Source: Candidatus Kapaibacterium sp. (lineage in GTDB: Bacteria; Bacteroidota; Ignavibacteria; Kapaibacteriales; UBA2268). From it: 52,402 nt of DNA. Below the pieces are notes generated by a model. That model was given only the letters and a program-made list of their open reading frames with translations, did no database searches and had not been told where the DNA came from. The DNA is taken from contig CALGXJ010000040.1 of the NCBI GenBank assembly GCA_937936035.1, positions 1-52,402 on the forward strand, in the 5' to 3' direction. This document shows, piece by piece, positions 10,101 through 19,700 of the stretch. The stretch's first letter is position 1; every line of letters starts with the position of its first letter. Both the position numbers and the translations under genes were made by a program.

Positions 10101-13100
10101 TTCTAAGTCAGCTTGTTTGGATGATGAACCAAAAGAGAAAGAAATTCCATTATTACGGTTATAGTCGAAACCAATCCAGCGAACTTTGAGAGCAGTTTCA
10201 GTGTTTTTAACGGATTGCAGATAAACTGGTTCAACTAGTTTAATAAATGGAGTAGTTGATTCGTAGTTTGCAGTTGGATCTGGATTAATACGAGCAACAA
10301 GGTCAGCATCGTAAGGAGTCATTTCGAATGCACGAGCTTTGCCGTAGTTGACCCAGCTATTACCGTTGAATGAGTATGCAGCGATGAGGTTCTTAGTGTA
10401 GTCGACGCCGCCGAATACGCCGAGCTCACTTGCGCGGACGTTAGCAGCACCTTGAACGAATTTAATCATATCGTCGATAGTAAGCACACCACCGGGGTTG
10501 CCTCCCCAGAAGCGTAATTCACGGAATTCGCCATCGAAACGACGGCCGGTAGTTGTTCCGATAGTTGGTTCGTAGCCAATGTAAACTGGTGAAGTGTTTG
10601 TTTTATCAACAGTAATGCCAGAACCGAGCTGTCTCATAATCGGGTTAGTTGCTTCTAATGCATCGTTGCGAGTCCAGGTAAGCTGAGGAACACCATCAAC
10701 GAAGAACAGGATTTGTGATTGTGAACCAACTGATGGAATATTTACCCAAACACCAACGTGAACCCAAACTGAATCGAATTCAACCCTGTTAGGATTGAGT
10801 ATTCTGTAGATTGGGTCGCTCACAGCAGTGCGAATAGTTGGAGTTCCGTTGTCGAGTGATGAAACTACGAACTGCAACTGACCTGTTGGGAGAAGTCTCA
10901 AAGCATAGTGAAGAGCAGCAGCTTCTGTAGTAGCATTTGGATTCTTCTTTGCAACTATTGGATAGAAGTTACCTTCGGTATTTTGAGGGAAGCTATAAGG
11001 TTTGATCCAAGTTTCAAGGAAGAAAGTTTCGCCAGTGATATTGAGTTTAGTATTTTCAGGAATGCTTACAATAGAGTTCTGACCATTTTTGTAAGCGAAC
11101 CAAGGAGCAACTTTGAAAGGTTGCGAAATATAATAAATATCTTGCTGGTTGCGAGCTTCGGAACCGCTTATTTTCATCAGAACATCTTTTTCGTAGTTGC
11201 CAACAAATGGGATAACGCCTTGCAGGTCGTTCATCATACCGGAGGAGGTAACGTTGTTGTAAGGTTCCCACAAAGCATAAGCATCTTCAACTTCAGCGTT
11301 GTCGATAGGCATAGCAGGAGTTTGATTGTCCAAAGCGTCGAACCAGGTGTTGCCACCATCGCGGCTAATCTGGATCATTACGTCGCCGTAAGTTGGACTT
11401 GGTTTAGGAGTTAAGCTACCAATACCATAGGAAACCCAGCGAATTTCATATATTTTACCCTTCAAATTGCTTACACCTTCGCCACCATTTGGAGAAGTAA
11501 GTTTGATATGAGAGCGATCCGGACGGTAGCGGATAGCATCATTGTTTGGAGTGGAAGTCAATCCGGGAGTTGTAAAGAAGTTCAAGTCGTTGTTGCTTTG
11601 CTGATAGATTTTTTCGTTAGCTTTGTCGAGACGAGAAGCCTGCAATGGGAAGTAGAGCTCGAGCCCGGTGCGCCAGTCGTTTGGACCATCAGTGATAGGA
11701 GTAATTGTGCCGTTAGGATCGTAAACGCCCGGGATATAGCGGCGCAATTGACTTTGCTCTAAAGCGTGACGCCAAACTTTAACTTCTTTGATACCACCAT
11801 AGAAGTAATCTTGAGGTCTCATACCGTTGTTAGGATTAACGCCAACCCAGATAGGCATTTTAACATTCAACGGACGAATATTCGGAGCGCTCGTATTTTT
11901 GTAGCGGGCAACTTCTTCGCCATCTACATATAATATAACTGTATTATTCGAAACAACGCCAGCAAGGTGAGTCCAGGAGAGTGAATGCTGGTCTGTTAGA
12001 TTAGGATTGTTGCCATATGGGAGCAATGGAGCTGGGCAAACAACATCGCCAAGCACACTGCCATCAGATGCAGACACACGGAATGCCGGATAAATACCAT
12101 CGCGAAGATAAAGCATCCAGCCCAAACCTGCATCCGATGCGGAGCCGGAGCTTGCAGCAACTATAGCAGGCGTGCTGCCGGCACCATTCGAAGTGTTCAG
12201 ATTAACCCAAGCTTCTACAGTAAATGAGTTCGGAGTAGAGAAGTTTCTAACAGTACGGAAATAAGTGGAGGCACCATCAAATTGAACGAAGAACAAACGA
12301 CCAAGTATGAAAGTCTGGTCAGATTCGTCCATTCTTGTTGAACTTGTGTAAGCAGGGCGGCTGCTTTCGGCGAGGCTGCCGCTTGTACCTTCAAGTTGAG
12401 TTATTCTGATTTTTGCAATTTCACTTCTGAACGGGAAGTTGTCGTCTGCTTTCCAGATAACACGGAGGACTCCACCGTAGCCCCAACCAAGTAGACCAGG
12501 ACCATCGGGTTCGTCTTGCAATAAGCTGGAGGCAACGTCATTTGGCAAAGGTTTAACTGTTCCGGTTGTAACAAAGTAGTCGTCTGTTGCATCGAGGGAG
12601 TCTATCCAGCCTAATCTGTATGTAGGCAAATCAGCAGCAGCGATAAGAGAAGCTTTGTCGCGGCTTTCAGCAACGCGTCCAAATTCAGTATAAGTAGCGC
12701 CTCCATCGAGCGAATACTCGAGGCGATATGCAAAGCGGCGTGTTCCGTAAGGTTCTGCTAACGAAGGAGATGCAAGCCCGGAACGTTCAAAGTAAATCGG
12801 ATAACCGCGATTTGTGCGCATTGATTGGTATGGAGATTCTGGATAACGGTTCACTGTTTGATTAAGTTGATTTGGATTGAGAACTGTAATACCACGAATT
12901 GTAAACGGAGCCGGGTTAACAAATTGAACTTGGTTTGTAACGTTAGTAAGACCATCGCCACTCATTACAACAGTAGTATTGAGCGAAGTGTACGGGTTGA
13001 ACTGAAATTCTGCTAAATCGCTGTCAGTTAAAGCGTTTGCATTGAGAATATTGAAGCGAAGAAGTCCGATAAACGACCCGCGTCCGGTGGAAGCAGGAGT

Positions 13101-13556
13101 GAAACCAGGACCTAAAGTGCTTGTAACATTAACGTCCAGAACAGCGACATAACGCATAGTTCCGCCCACCAAACCTGAAATGCTTGTTCCGCTGAGAGCT
13201 GCGAAACCGCGAGCGGGCTTGTTGTGAAATTCAGATTCAATTATATAATATGGCAGAGGCTCCGGAGCATCAACATCGAACTGAATAGCATCAGTTTTGG
13301 ATGAAGGTTGATTAGCAAGCGAGAAGTTTTCTGCCTGAAGTTTAGAGCCATTATAAGAAACACCAATGTTCATTGCTCCGAGCGGGCCCGCATTAGGCGT
13401 TAGTGAGCGGACCCAAATTTCAACGCCCAGTTGGTTACCCATTCTTCGGGGGGTAAGCGTCATCTGGTAGTTGTAAGTTTGAGCAAGTGATTCGGCGGCT
13501 CCTGCAATGAGTAACAACGCCAGCCAAAATGCACTCAGGAATTTTACTTTTTTCAT
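7110..13556 (-). CDS. Giant (2148 aa) secreted multidomain surface protein: cohesin-like, LamG-like x2, Asp-box Ig-like repeats, dockerin-like, T9SS CTD
   Basis: Intact 6.4-kb ORF. Signal peptide MKKVKFLSAFWLALLLIAGAAESLAQ. Cohesin-like N-domain (~12912-13478). LamG/ConA-like jelly rolls: FTVEAWVNLN...LYVDGEEVA...IKEVKVWRHAL (~11757-12299) and FFLETWIKPY...LFFVDGVPQ...FRELRFWGG (~10497-11084). Dockerin-like GGDVYRDGQINAAD...DVNGDNVANAID (~8979-9122). Second cohesin-like module VDVPIYIRNTGADFALANATFAINFDPTVVRF (~8274-8729). Ig-like repeats and a CTD follow. Confidence 0.9.
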   Translation of the reverse strand: MKKVKFLSAFWLALLLIAGAAESLAQTYNYQMTLTPRRMGNQLGVEIWVRSLTPNAGPLGAMNIGVSYNGSKLQAENFSLANQPSSKTDAIQFDVDAPEPLPYYIIESEFHNKPARGFAALSGTSISGLVGGTMRYVAVLDVNVTSTLGPGFTPASTGRGSFIGLLRFNILNANALTDSDLAEFQFNPYTSLNTTVVMSGDGLTNVTNQVQFVNPAPFTIRGITVLNPNQLNQTVNRYPESPYQSMRTNRGYPIYFERSGLASPSLAEPYGTRRFAYRLEYSLDGGATYTEFGRVAESRDKASLIAAADLPTYRLGWIDSLDATDDYFVTTGTVKPLPNDVASSLLQDEPDGPGLLGWGYGGVLRVIWKADDNFPFRSEIAKIRITQLEGTSGSLAESSRPAYTSSTRMDESDQTFILGRLFFVQFDGASTYFRTVRNFSTPNSFTVEAWVNLNTSNGAGSTPAIVAASSGSASDAGLGWMLYLRDGIYPAFRVSASDGSVLGDVVCPAPLLPYGNNPNLTDQHSLSWTHLAGVVSNNTVILYVDGEEVARYKNTSAPNIRPLNVKMPIWVGVNPNNGMRPQDYFYGGIKEVKVWRHALEQSQLRRYIPGVYDPNGTITPITDGPNDWRTGLELYFPLQASRLDKANEKIYQQSNNDLNFFTTPGLTSTPNNDAIRYRPDRSHIKLTSPNGGEGVSNLKGKIYEIRWVSYGIGSLTPKPSPTYGDVMIQISRDGGNTWFDALDNQTPAMPIDNAEVEDAYALWEPYNNVTSSGMMNDLQGVIPFVGNYEKDVLMKISGSEARNQQDIYYISQPFKVAPWFAYKNGQNSIVSIPENTKLNITGETFFLETWIKPYSFPQNTEGNFYPIVAKKNPNATTEAAALHYALRLLPTGQLQFVVSSLDNGTPTIRTAVSDPIYRILNPNRVEFDSVWVHVGVWVNIPSVGSQSQILFFVDGVPQLTWTRNDALEATNPIMRQLGSGITVDKTNTSPVYIGYEPTIGTTTGRRFDGEFRELRFWGGNPGGVLTIDDMIKFVQGAANVRASELGVFGGVDYTKNLIAAYSFNGNSWVNYGKARAFEMTPYDADLVARINPDPTANYESTTPFIKLVEPVYLQSVKNTETALKVRWIGFDYNRNNGISFSFGSSSKQADLEFSTGGGAGNSNVPYQFVSSIYQNAGYTNALALPTATADYEFLGVASKPQYAGILNCSIADPDANKDGIYNDQSVIGAAMTNGRLRLRARANINTPYALEYDNGTDGFMQTLISESAQFNITPPSNFTVRVLLDGYHGGYAGGIVNNIGTNFSNKGLRIRLFEDNSGVPGAYVPNSTALSTDKYYNFTQSKLITNRNAGANNFANVPFVLTEVADGRYFVVVDHLNYLPVMSAYAAPFYYVGDDLSTWAVESGWDFQAWDGTDNNLITSTEARQEPPAYGSRYTAFADEQNYTPDRYNSKWASTGLNFNDGGAANNITGPNSLPAMVGGDVYRDGQINAADRAKVRVNALSTDPSNDVNGDNVANAIDRTIVDNNTNKVSSLRNLALNTAYVYPQTTNSIESNPFAYISDADPMSVYYPLAPELSKRLIADAKSYLNEGGEIHPSTTISKYDQTQSGGLSYRVIAMPQLNGNFVDVPIYIRNTGADFALANATFAINFDPTVVRFAELVKLNEVIFDNRSDLGYGPIYTSPTNLTDIPVPNTRSIEVDWDAYTRRPGQIVPRVNTYLGTLRFELLRKDQSIFFNWSNTCAVLSTDGKIITGVGVFEDIKPIIITKNFAVVAPNGGEVWEGGSMYTINWTAPLDVEGVSLYLEYSADNGASWVRINQGPVDALKLNFNWIAPRLNSGEMLVRLLDAATGKELDRSDAVFTIFSVPAEITRPASTDPIYTSGKKDFIRWISKDNANVRFEFSANGVDGWTAVTGSVSSNKEEVEWTIPAANTKNAVVRMVDVATGKVLAVSEPFRILSGTLVITNPRANDKLNFGEKRPVRWVHENVNTFTLQYSIDNGATWNTLASEYKASLRSFDWMVPNVNTKNAWIRAIYANIPELEYHRSGPFEIKGSVTGIDDPIALGYNVEVVPNPFADEAKVTFTIPTDGNVSVSLYNTMGVKVASLVSSKFYAAGSHTVSLSGLNLASGMYIVRIEAGPYVITREVVRVK
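7113..7367 (-). other. T9SS type-A-like C-terminal sorting domain of the 2148-aa protein
   Basis: Last 85 aa: YNVEVVPNPFADEAKVTFTIPTDGNVSVSLYNTMGVKVASLVSS...LASGMYIVRIEAGPYVITREVVRVK. These carry the hallmarks of TIGR04183-type CTDs: a PNPF motif, a LYN..G motif, G.Y.VR, and a basic C-terminus. Confidence 0.75.
7404..8255 (-). repeat. Three tandem, diverged ~93-96-aa Ig-like repeats, each with an Asp-box-like motif (protein-level repeat)
   Basis: R1 is APNGGEVWEGGSMYTINW...YSADNGASW...MLVRLLD...AVFTI. R2 is ITRPAS...FIRW...FSANGVDGW...AVVRMVD...EPFRIL. R3 is ITNPRAN...VRW...YSIDNGATW...AWIRAIY...GPFEI. More diverged copies occur earlier in the protein (ISRDGGNTW, YSLDGGATY). Confidence 0.7.
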
Positions 13557-13691
13557 AATTTGTTCCTTTTATTTTTATAAACACAATTTCTTTTTGCTTT
13601 GGCTTTGGGCTATGGGTTTCCATAGCATCCAAGCACTTTTTGTAATTCCATTTAAGAAGTTATTACAAAGAACTTTTCTTTCCCGGATTGG

Positions 13692-13720
13692 GTGTGCCTC
13701 CAAAAATGTGGGAGGCACAC
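13692..13720 (-). terminator. Hairpin between the two giant genes (possible weak terminator or attenuator)
   Basis: Perfect 10-bp stem GTGTGCCTCC/GGAGGCACAC with a 9-nt loop, 25 nt past the stop of the 2434-aa gene. No U-tract follows on the minus strand, so termination efficiency is uncertain. Confidence 0.35.
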
Positions 13721-13744
13721 TTTCCGAGAACAAACCCAATGCCC

Positions 13745-16700
13745 TTACGGTGTTACCGAATAAATTTCGCTACCATAGGTTGATACTTGCAGTACATATT
13801 CTTCGCCAGACTTAGTCCAATAAGTGCCGTCGCTGCTGAATATACGAACTGTGTAAGTACCTGCTGGTAGACCGTTTATTACAGCCGCTTCACTTGATTT
13901 TCCACTCAAAGTAGAACGTCTGATGCGGCGTCCGGTTGTATCGTAGAATTCTAATGTATAGTCGCCGGCGAGGTTAGTAAGTTTAACTCTTACATTCGGA
14001 GTTGTGCTGGCAACGTTGAAGTTGAACCAATCTTCGTCTGTCGAGCTCTTGATGGTGCCACGAATTGGCGTGTTGGTTCCAATTGCTTTTGAAAGAGCTC
14101 TTGTATTGTTTGTTCCGAACGTTACGTCGTCGTCGTAGCTACCAGTTGTTTCGAATGATTTAGGATTGCCAGCGGCGGCCACAGTGCGATAATTTTCGTT
14201 ACCATCTGTGCCGTTGTATTCGAATACATATACGTAGTATTTAGTGTTTGGTGCAAGACCAACAACATTAATACTTGATCCAGTTCCGTTGTATAGAACA
14301 GTTGCACCGCCGATGCTCGACCCCAGACCAACGATTTGATTTCCGAGGTAAGTTTCGCCGTTTTGTGGATACTCTGTGAGTTTAAGTAGAGTGTCTGGCT
14401 TAATAAGGACAATTCGTGCAGCACCACCACCATTAGTCCAGCTGATAGTAGCAGTAGTAGCAGTTATATTTGTAAATGCAAGAGCTGTTGCTTGCGAAGT
14501 TGGAGCAGTCGGAAGAACGTCGAAGAGTTGGCTGACACCTGATAGCACTTCGCTTGCGGCAGCTGAGTCTACACGAAGCTGATAGTTTCCACCAGCAGCT
14601 GTTATCGAGAGGCCGTTCAATGTGACGTATGACTGTCCAACCGGAATAATACTGGAAACATTAGCAAAGCCACCAGCACCTTTTTGTTCTTTTAGAGTGA
14701 AGCTGAACGGAGTTGAAACGTTTACTGCTTGTCCATATTCGTTCTGCAATTGAACTGTTACGCTGAATGCCTGATTGACAACAACTGGCAGTGGTTCAAT
14801 CTTAGTAATCACAAGCTTATTGCCGGTTACTTTTATAGCTGCATCTTTAGCTGCGTCGGTGTTGGCAGTTGCAACAAAAATAGCCCAATCGCCAGTCAGA
14901 GCAGACGAACCTTTAATCGGGAAGTTGGTCATCGAAAGCACTTGCGAGCCATACGAAGCGTTGTTGCGGTAGTCTTTCCACGAAGTGCCAAGCCATTTAG
15001 CAGCAAATGTTGTTCCATTTGCAGGAGTTAAGCCGTTATGTATTGTATTAGGCCATTCGAAGTTTACACGAAGGCTATCGTTTAGAACAGTACCTTCAGC
15101 TGTAATGTCCCACAATGCGAGCAATGCACGGGTTGGGTCGCCACCTTTGCCTAATGTTGGGTTCACATAATTTGGTTTAACTACAACAGCTTGCTGGCTG
15201 GACGAATTCGCAAATCTGATTACTACGGGTATATATTGACCACCAATACCGACATCAAATCTTGTATTTGAATTTGTTACGTAGCGGCGCATATTGCCAA
15301 TTACATAGGCACTTGATGAAAATGTCGGCAATGTTGCACTTGGTCCGAATGTTAATATATTATTATTTGTAGTAATGCTGAATGCACCAGTGAGTGTCCC
15401 ATTAATGCGTAAATCACCGGCTAAATTGATTGCAGCAGCAATTGTCAAGTTGTTTACTTCGTTATTGCGGAACATTGAAGCAGGAATTGTAAGGTTTGCA
15501 ATGTTTGGCAATACAACAGTGGAACCTGTTCCTGCCTTAATTCCGCCCGAAATCATAACAACGTTAAATGATGTATTGAATGTTAATATGTAGCTACCGA
15601 GATCGAAATCATTTATACCTGTGTTGACGCGTAGATACGATGTATTAGCAATATTCAAGTTGCCACCTAATGTTTCCTGACGAGCAACTTCGAGCTGAAC
15701 AGTTGTAGCTGCAGTACCAACAAAGTATGAGTTGCTCAAACCGTTTGTAACTGTTCCAGTGCCTTGCAATACAAGACGTGAATTAGTTAAACTACCATCG
15801 AGCAATCCAGTAGTTCTTGTCAAGTTGCCGTTCAATATGAGCTTCATCGGAGTTACTGCACTTGCGCCTGTTCCGATAGTCAAGTTAGCAGCTGCAAGGT
15901 CTAATGTACCGTTTACAGTTAGGTCGTTTGCAGTAGTGTGAGCAGCATTTATTGTTAAGTTGTAGAGAGTCGGCACTCCACTAACAGTAAAGTATGAATC
16001 TTCGAGCAATGGAGTTAGGTGGTTTGTAGCAACAACGTAAGTGCCAGTTCCGCCATTGATTACGCCATTGAGGCGGCTGATAGCACCGGCGCCGACAGTC
16101 AATGTACGGCTTCCGATGTTCAAAATACCGTTTGTGAGAACGAAGTCGTGGTTGGCGTTAGAAGCTATTGTAGCGTCTAATTCGAGTAAGAGCTCTGAAT
16201 TAGCGGATTTATTTAAAGTAAGATCGGCGAATTGTATTGGAGTAAGAGCAGATGTGGTGCCAGTAATCTTCTGAAGGGTGTTCCCGTTGAAAATTATTCT
16301 ACTTGCAGTGTTTGGAGTTGCAAAGTCCATGCTTGAAGTTCCATTAATAGTGAGATCGCCAGCGATAAACAGTTCTTGCGCCTGGTTTGGAACAGTAAGT
16401 GCGGTTGCACCTTGTGTAAGAATGCTACTGAATTGAGTGGAAGCCGGGGAAACGCTTGAGATTTCAGGAGCAGCACCAGTGAAAGTAATTGTGCCAGCAG
16501 CTGCAGTGAATTTGCCACCTGCACCTGAATTCAGGAATGTGTTAGCACCGGTTCCGGTAATTGTAAAGTCGGATGAAGTTGCAACTTCGTTGTTTGGATT
16601 GGCTGCAATTACGATTGTTCCAAATTCAAGTCGTCCTGCGGATGACTTAGTTATAGTCTTTGGATTGCCAGCGGATACGCCAACTCCAACGTCGAATGTG

Positions 16701-19700
16701 ATTACTGAAGCGGCGGAACCAACATAAAATTCGCCAGTTCCTTCAACTTCAATTCCTGCACCAAGTGGATTTGTTGCGTTGTTGCGAATGGTGAAATTGT
16801 GGTTTGTAGTAGTTGTGAGTTTGGAGCCATCTGCAACTTTGAGTTTGAAGAAGCGGAGAGTTCCGGCTGCGTTGATTGATTTTTCCTGAATGTTTTCGAA
16901 TGTGATTGTTCCGCCGTCTGCAAGCAAGGATGCAGAAGCACTAACAACCAAGTTACCCTTTATCTTCCAGCTGTCGGATGTATTAACTGTAAAACCGGCA
17001 GCAATTGTCAAATTGTTGAATTCAAGTGTTTGGTTCGAAGCATTGTAGATGTTACCATTGCCGGTAAATTCGATTGTTCCGTTGTTTGCTTTCAAGGAGC
17101 CATTGCCTAAAACATTTATTTCGTTTTGAACTTGGAAATTGCTGCTTGTAACAACTTTGGAGCCGTTTGTAACTTCAAGAGCGTAGAAAATGAGATCAGC
17201 AGGAGTTTGCGTATTAACTATTTCGCGCTGACCGAGGTTGCTGAATACTATGCGGCCCGATGTAGGAGCAAAAGCATCAGTGCCATATTGGTAAAAGTTG
17301 CCTTGAATATAAGCAGTTCCTAATGGAGCGAAGTCTTGAGCACCGCCAGAAGAATTCAACTCGACATTGAAGAGTTGTAGTGTGCCACCATTTTGAACTG
17401 TCCAAGGGTCGCCAGTGCCAGAAAGAGCTGTTGTGAAGTAAGTTGTTCCACCAGTTGCATCGAATTTAGTACCATTGAGAATTTCGAATCTATCAGTAAC
17501 TGTGATATTGCTTTGAGTGGAAACATTTGCGTTGTTGTCTGTGCGGATAGTAGTGAAGCTCAGGAATGCCGAAGCAGGAACGCTAATTGTTTGAAGTGCG
17601 TCGTAGCCACCCCAGAATTCAGCATTTACACCGGATACTGCACTATTAGCAAGAAGTGCAACATCGCCGCTAATACGGATTCTATTTGCCGAGCCAGTAA
17701 CATCTGCTGCATTAACAGTAAGATTGTGCACCCAGATACCGCTACCAGTTGTGTAGTTGTTGTTTACAGAAATAGTTGAGCTAACTCCGGCTGTTGTGCC
17801 ATCGCCAATTATTAAGTTAAGACGGCCAGTGCCATTTACACCGAGAATTTCTGAGCCGGCTGCCAAAGTAATATTGCCCATAACACGCAACGAGACAACG
17901 TCGCCATTTACTGTATTGTTGGCTGGTTGAACTGTTGCATTAGGATGGTTCAGAACAAGAGTTTTGCATTCATAAATTGCACCATTACCGTTTACTGTAA
18001 CAGTGGCAGGACCGATCACAACCTGGTCAACTTTTGTTGGAACGCCCGATGGGCTCCAGCTTGCAGGATTGCCCCAGTTGCCGCTTGTGCCAACGAATGT
18101 ACGAAGCACACCACCATCGCCAGGTGCAGCTGCAAGAGCATAGTAATTCGCAGTTGCAATATTTACGCCTGTTATAGCTAATTGACCTTTGCCTGCTACT
18201 GGTGTATTTTCAGTTACAGTTCCGGAAACTTCGGTCGGGCTTGTAACAAACGTATAGTCAGTTGTGTGATATAATTTTAAATCTGCAGCGTTGCTGTATA
18301 ATTCTGTGTTGTCGAATGCAAATGTAACGGATGTAACGTTTCCAGTGCCTGTGATATAATATATTCTATGAGTTGCAAGACCTACACCTGCAATAGGAAC
18401 AGTTCTCGGATAGCGGCGAACCACAATACCGGTTGGACCAGCTATCGAAGGAACACCAATGCCGCTTGTTTGTATATTTGCAGCAGTAGTGCCGGCTGTT
18501 GCAGTTGTTACATAGCCAGTCGTTGACGAACTCAAGCCTGTGTTGATAATTGTGTTGCCAGCAGTTTCAGAAATTTGAGCATTTACATCTGCAAGTGTAA
18601 GAATAAAGCCATTTAGATCTAAATCGCCGAGAGTAATTGTCACATCATTGTTGGCAGCAACTCCATCGCCAACAGTTAAGCCAGCCATTAGCTTCATACC
18701 ATTTGGACGATTGAGAGTTAATCTACCTAATGTAGTAACGGCTGCAGGCAAAACAAACTGAGAGGAAGTGCCTTGAATAGAGAGAATTGTTGATACACCG
18801 GTTGTATAAGTTCCACTACCAATTAATTGCCCGTGCAAAGCAATTGTTCCACCAGCACCGTTTAACGTTAATGTTCCGGAATTTGACACATCGCCATAAA
18901 CGGTGAGATCGAAGGTGGCTTTATTGAATGTTGCACCAGTAGCAGCAGTTAAGTTGCCATAGAGTGTGAGAGCACCGCCTAATGTTGTTGTAGCGGTTGT
19001 TATAGTTAAATTATTCAGTGTTGTAATAGTTGCGTCTATTGTTGCTGCTGCACCCATCTGGAAGTTTGTAGTTTGATCTGTAACAATTGCGTTAGCAACA
19101 AAAGTTGGAGCACCATTGAATACAACTGTGGAACCCTCGGTTGCATCCATAATAAAGTTTGCGGCAGCAGCAGAAGTGTATGTGCCGCTGAGTGTTAATG
19201 TGTAGCCATTGAGTTCAAATCTACCAGAGGCAAATTCCGTAGCTGTAATATTACCAGCAATAGTCAAGTTGCTATTTAAGATAACTTTGCGAGCAACAGC
19301 ACCACGATTTACTATTAGCAAATTCAATTGAGAAATGCTCGAAGGCAGTTCAATATCGCTTGTTTGAGTGGAGAGCACGCTCAATGTTGTATATTGGTTT
19401 GTAAGGATGCTACCTGTGAATGTGTAGTTACATCCAGCTGCAATAACAATCACAGGTTCATCAGCACCATTGCCACCGTTAGCGGTGATAGTACCGCTAC
19501 CAGCGAGGCCTGTTGTAAACGTGATACCATTGTTAGCAGTTGTAACTGATGAAAGGTCTAATGTTCCATTAGAAGCAATTGTCGTTGTAGTTGTAACAGT
19601 ATGTGCCTCATCTGGCAGAGCAACAGTGCCAGCAGTTATAGTCAATGCATTAAATGTAACAGCAAAAGCACCAGATACATTAAATGAAGAATTAGGTCTG

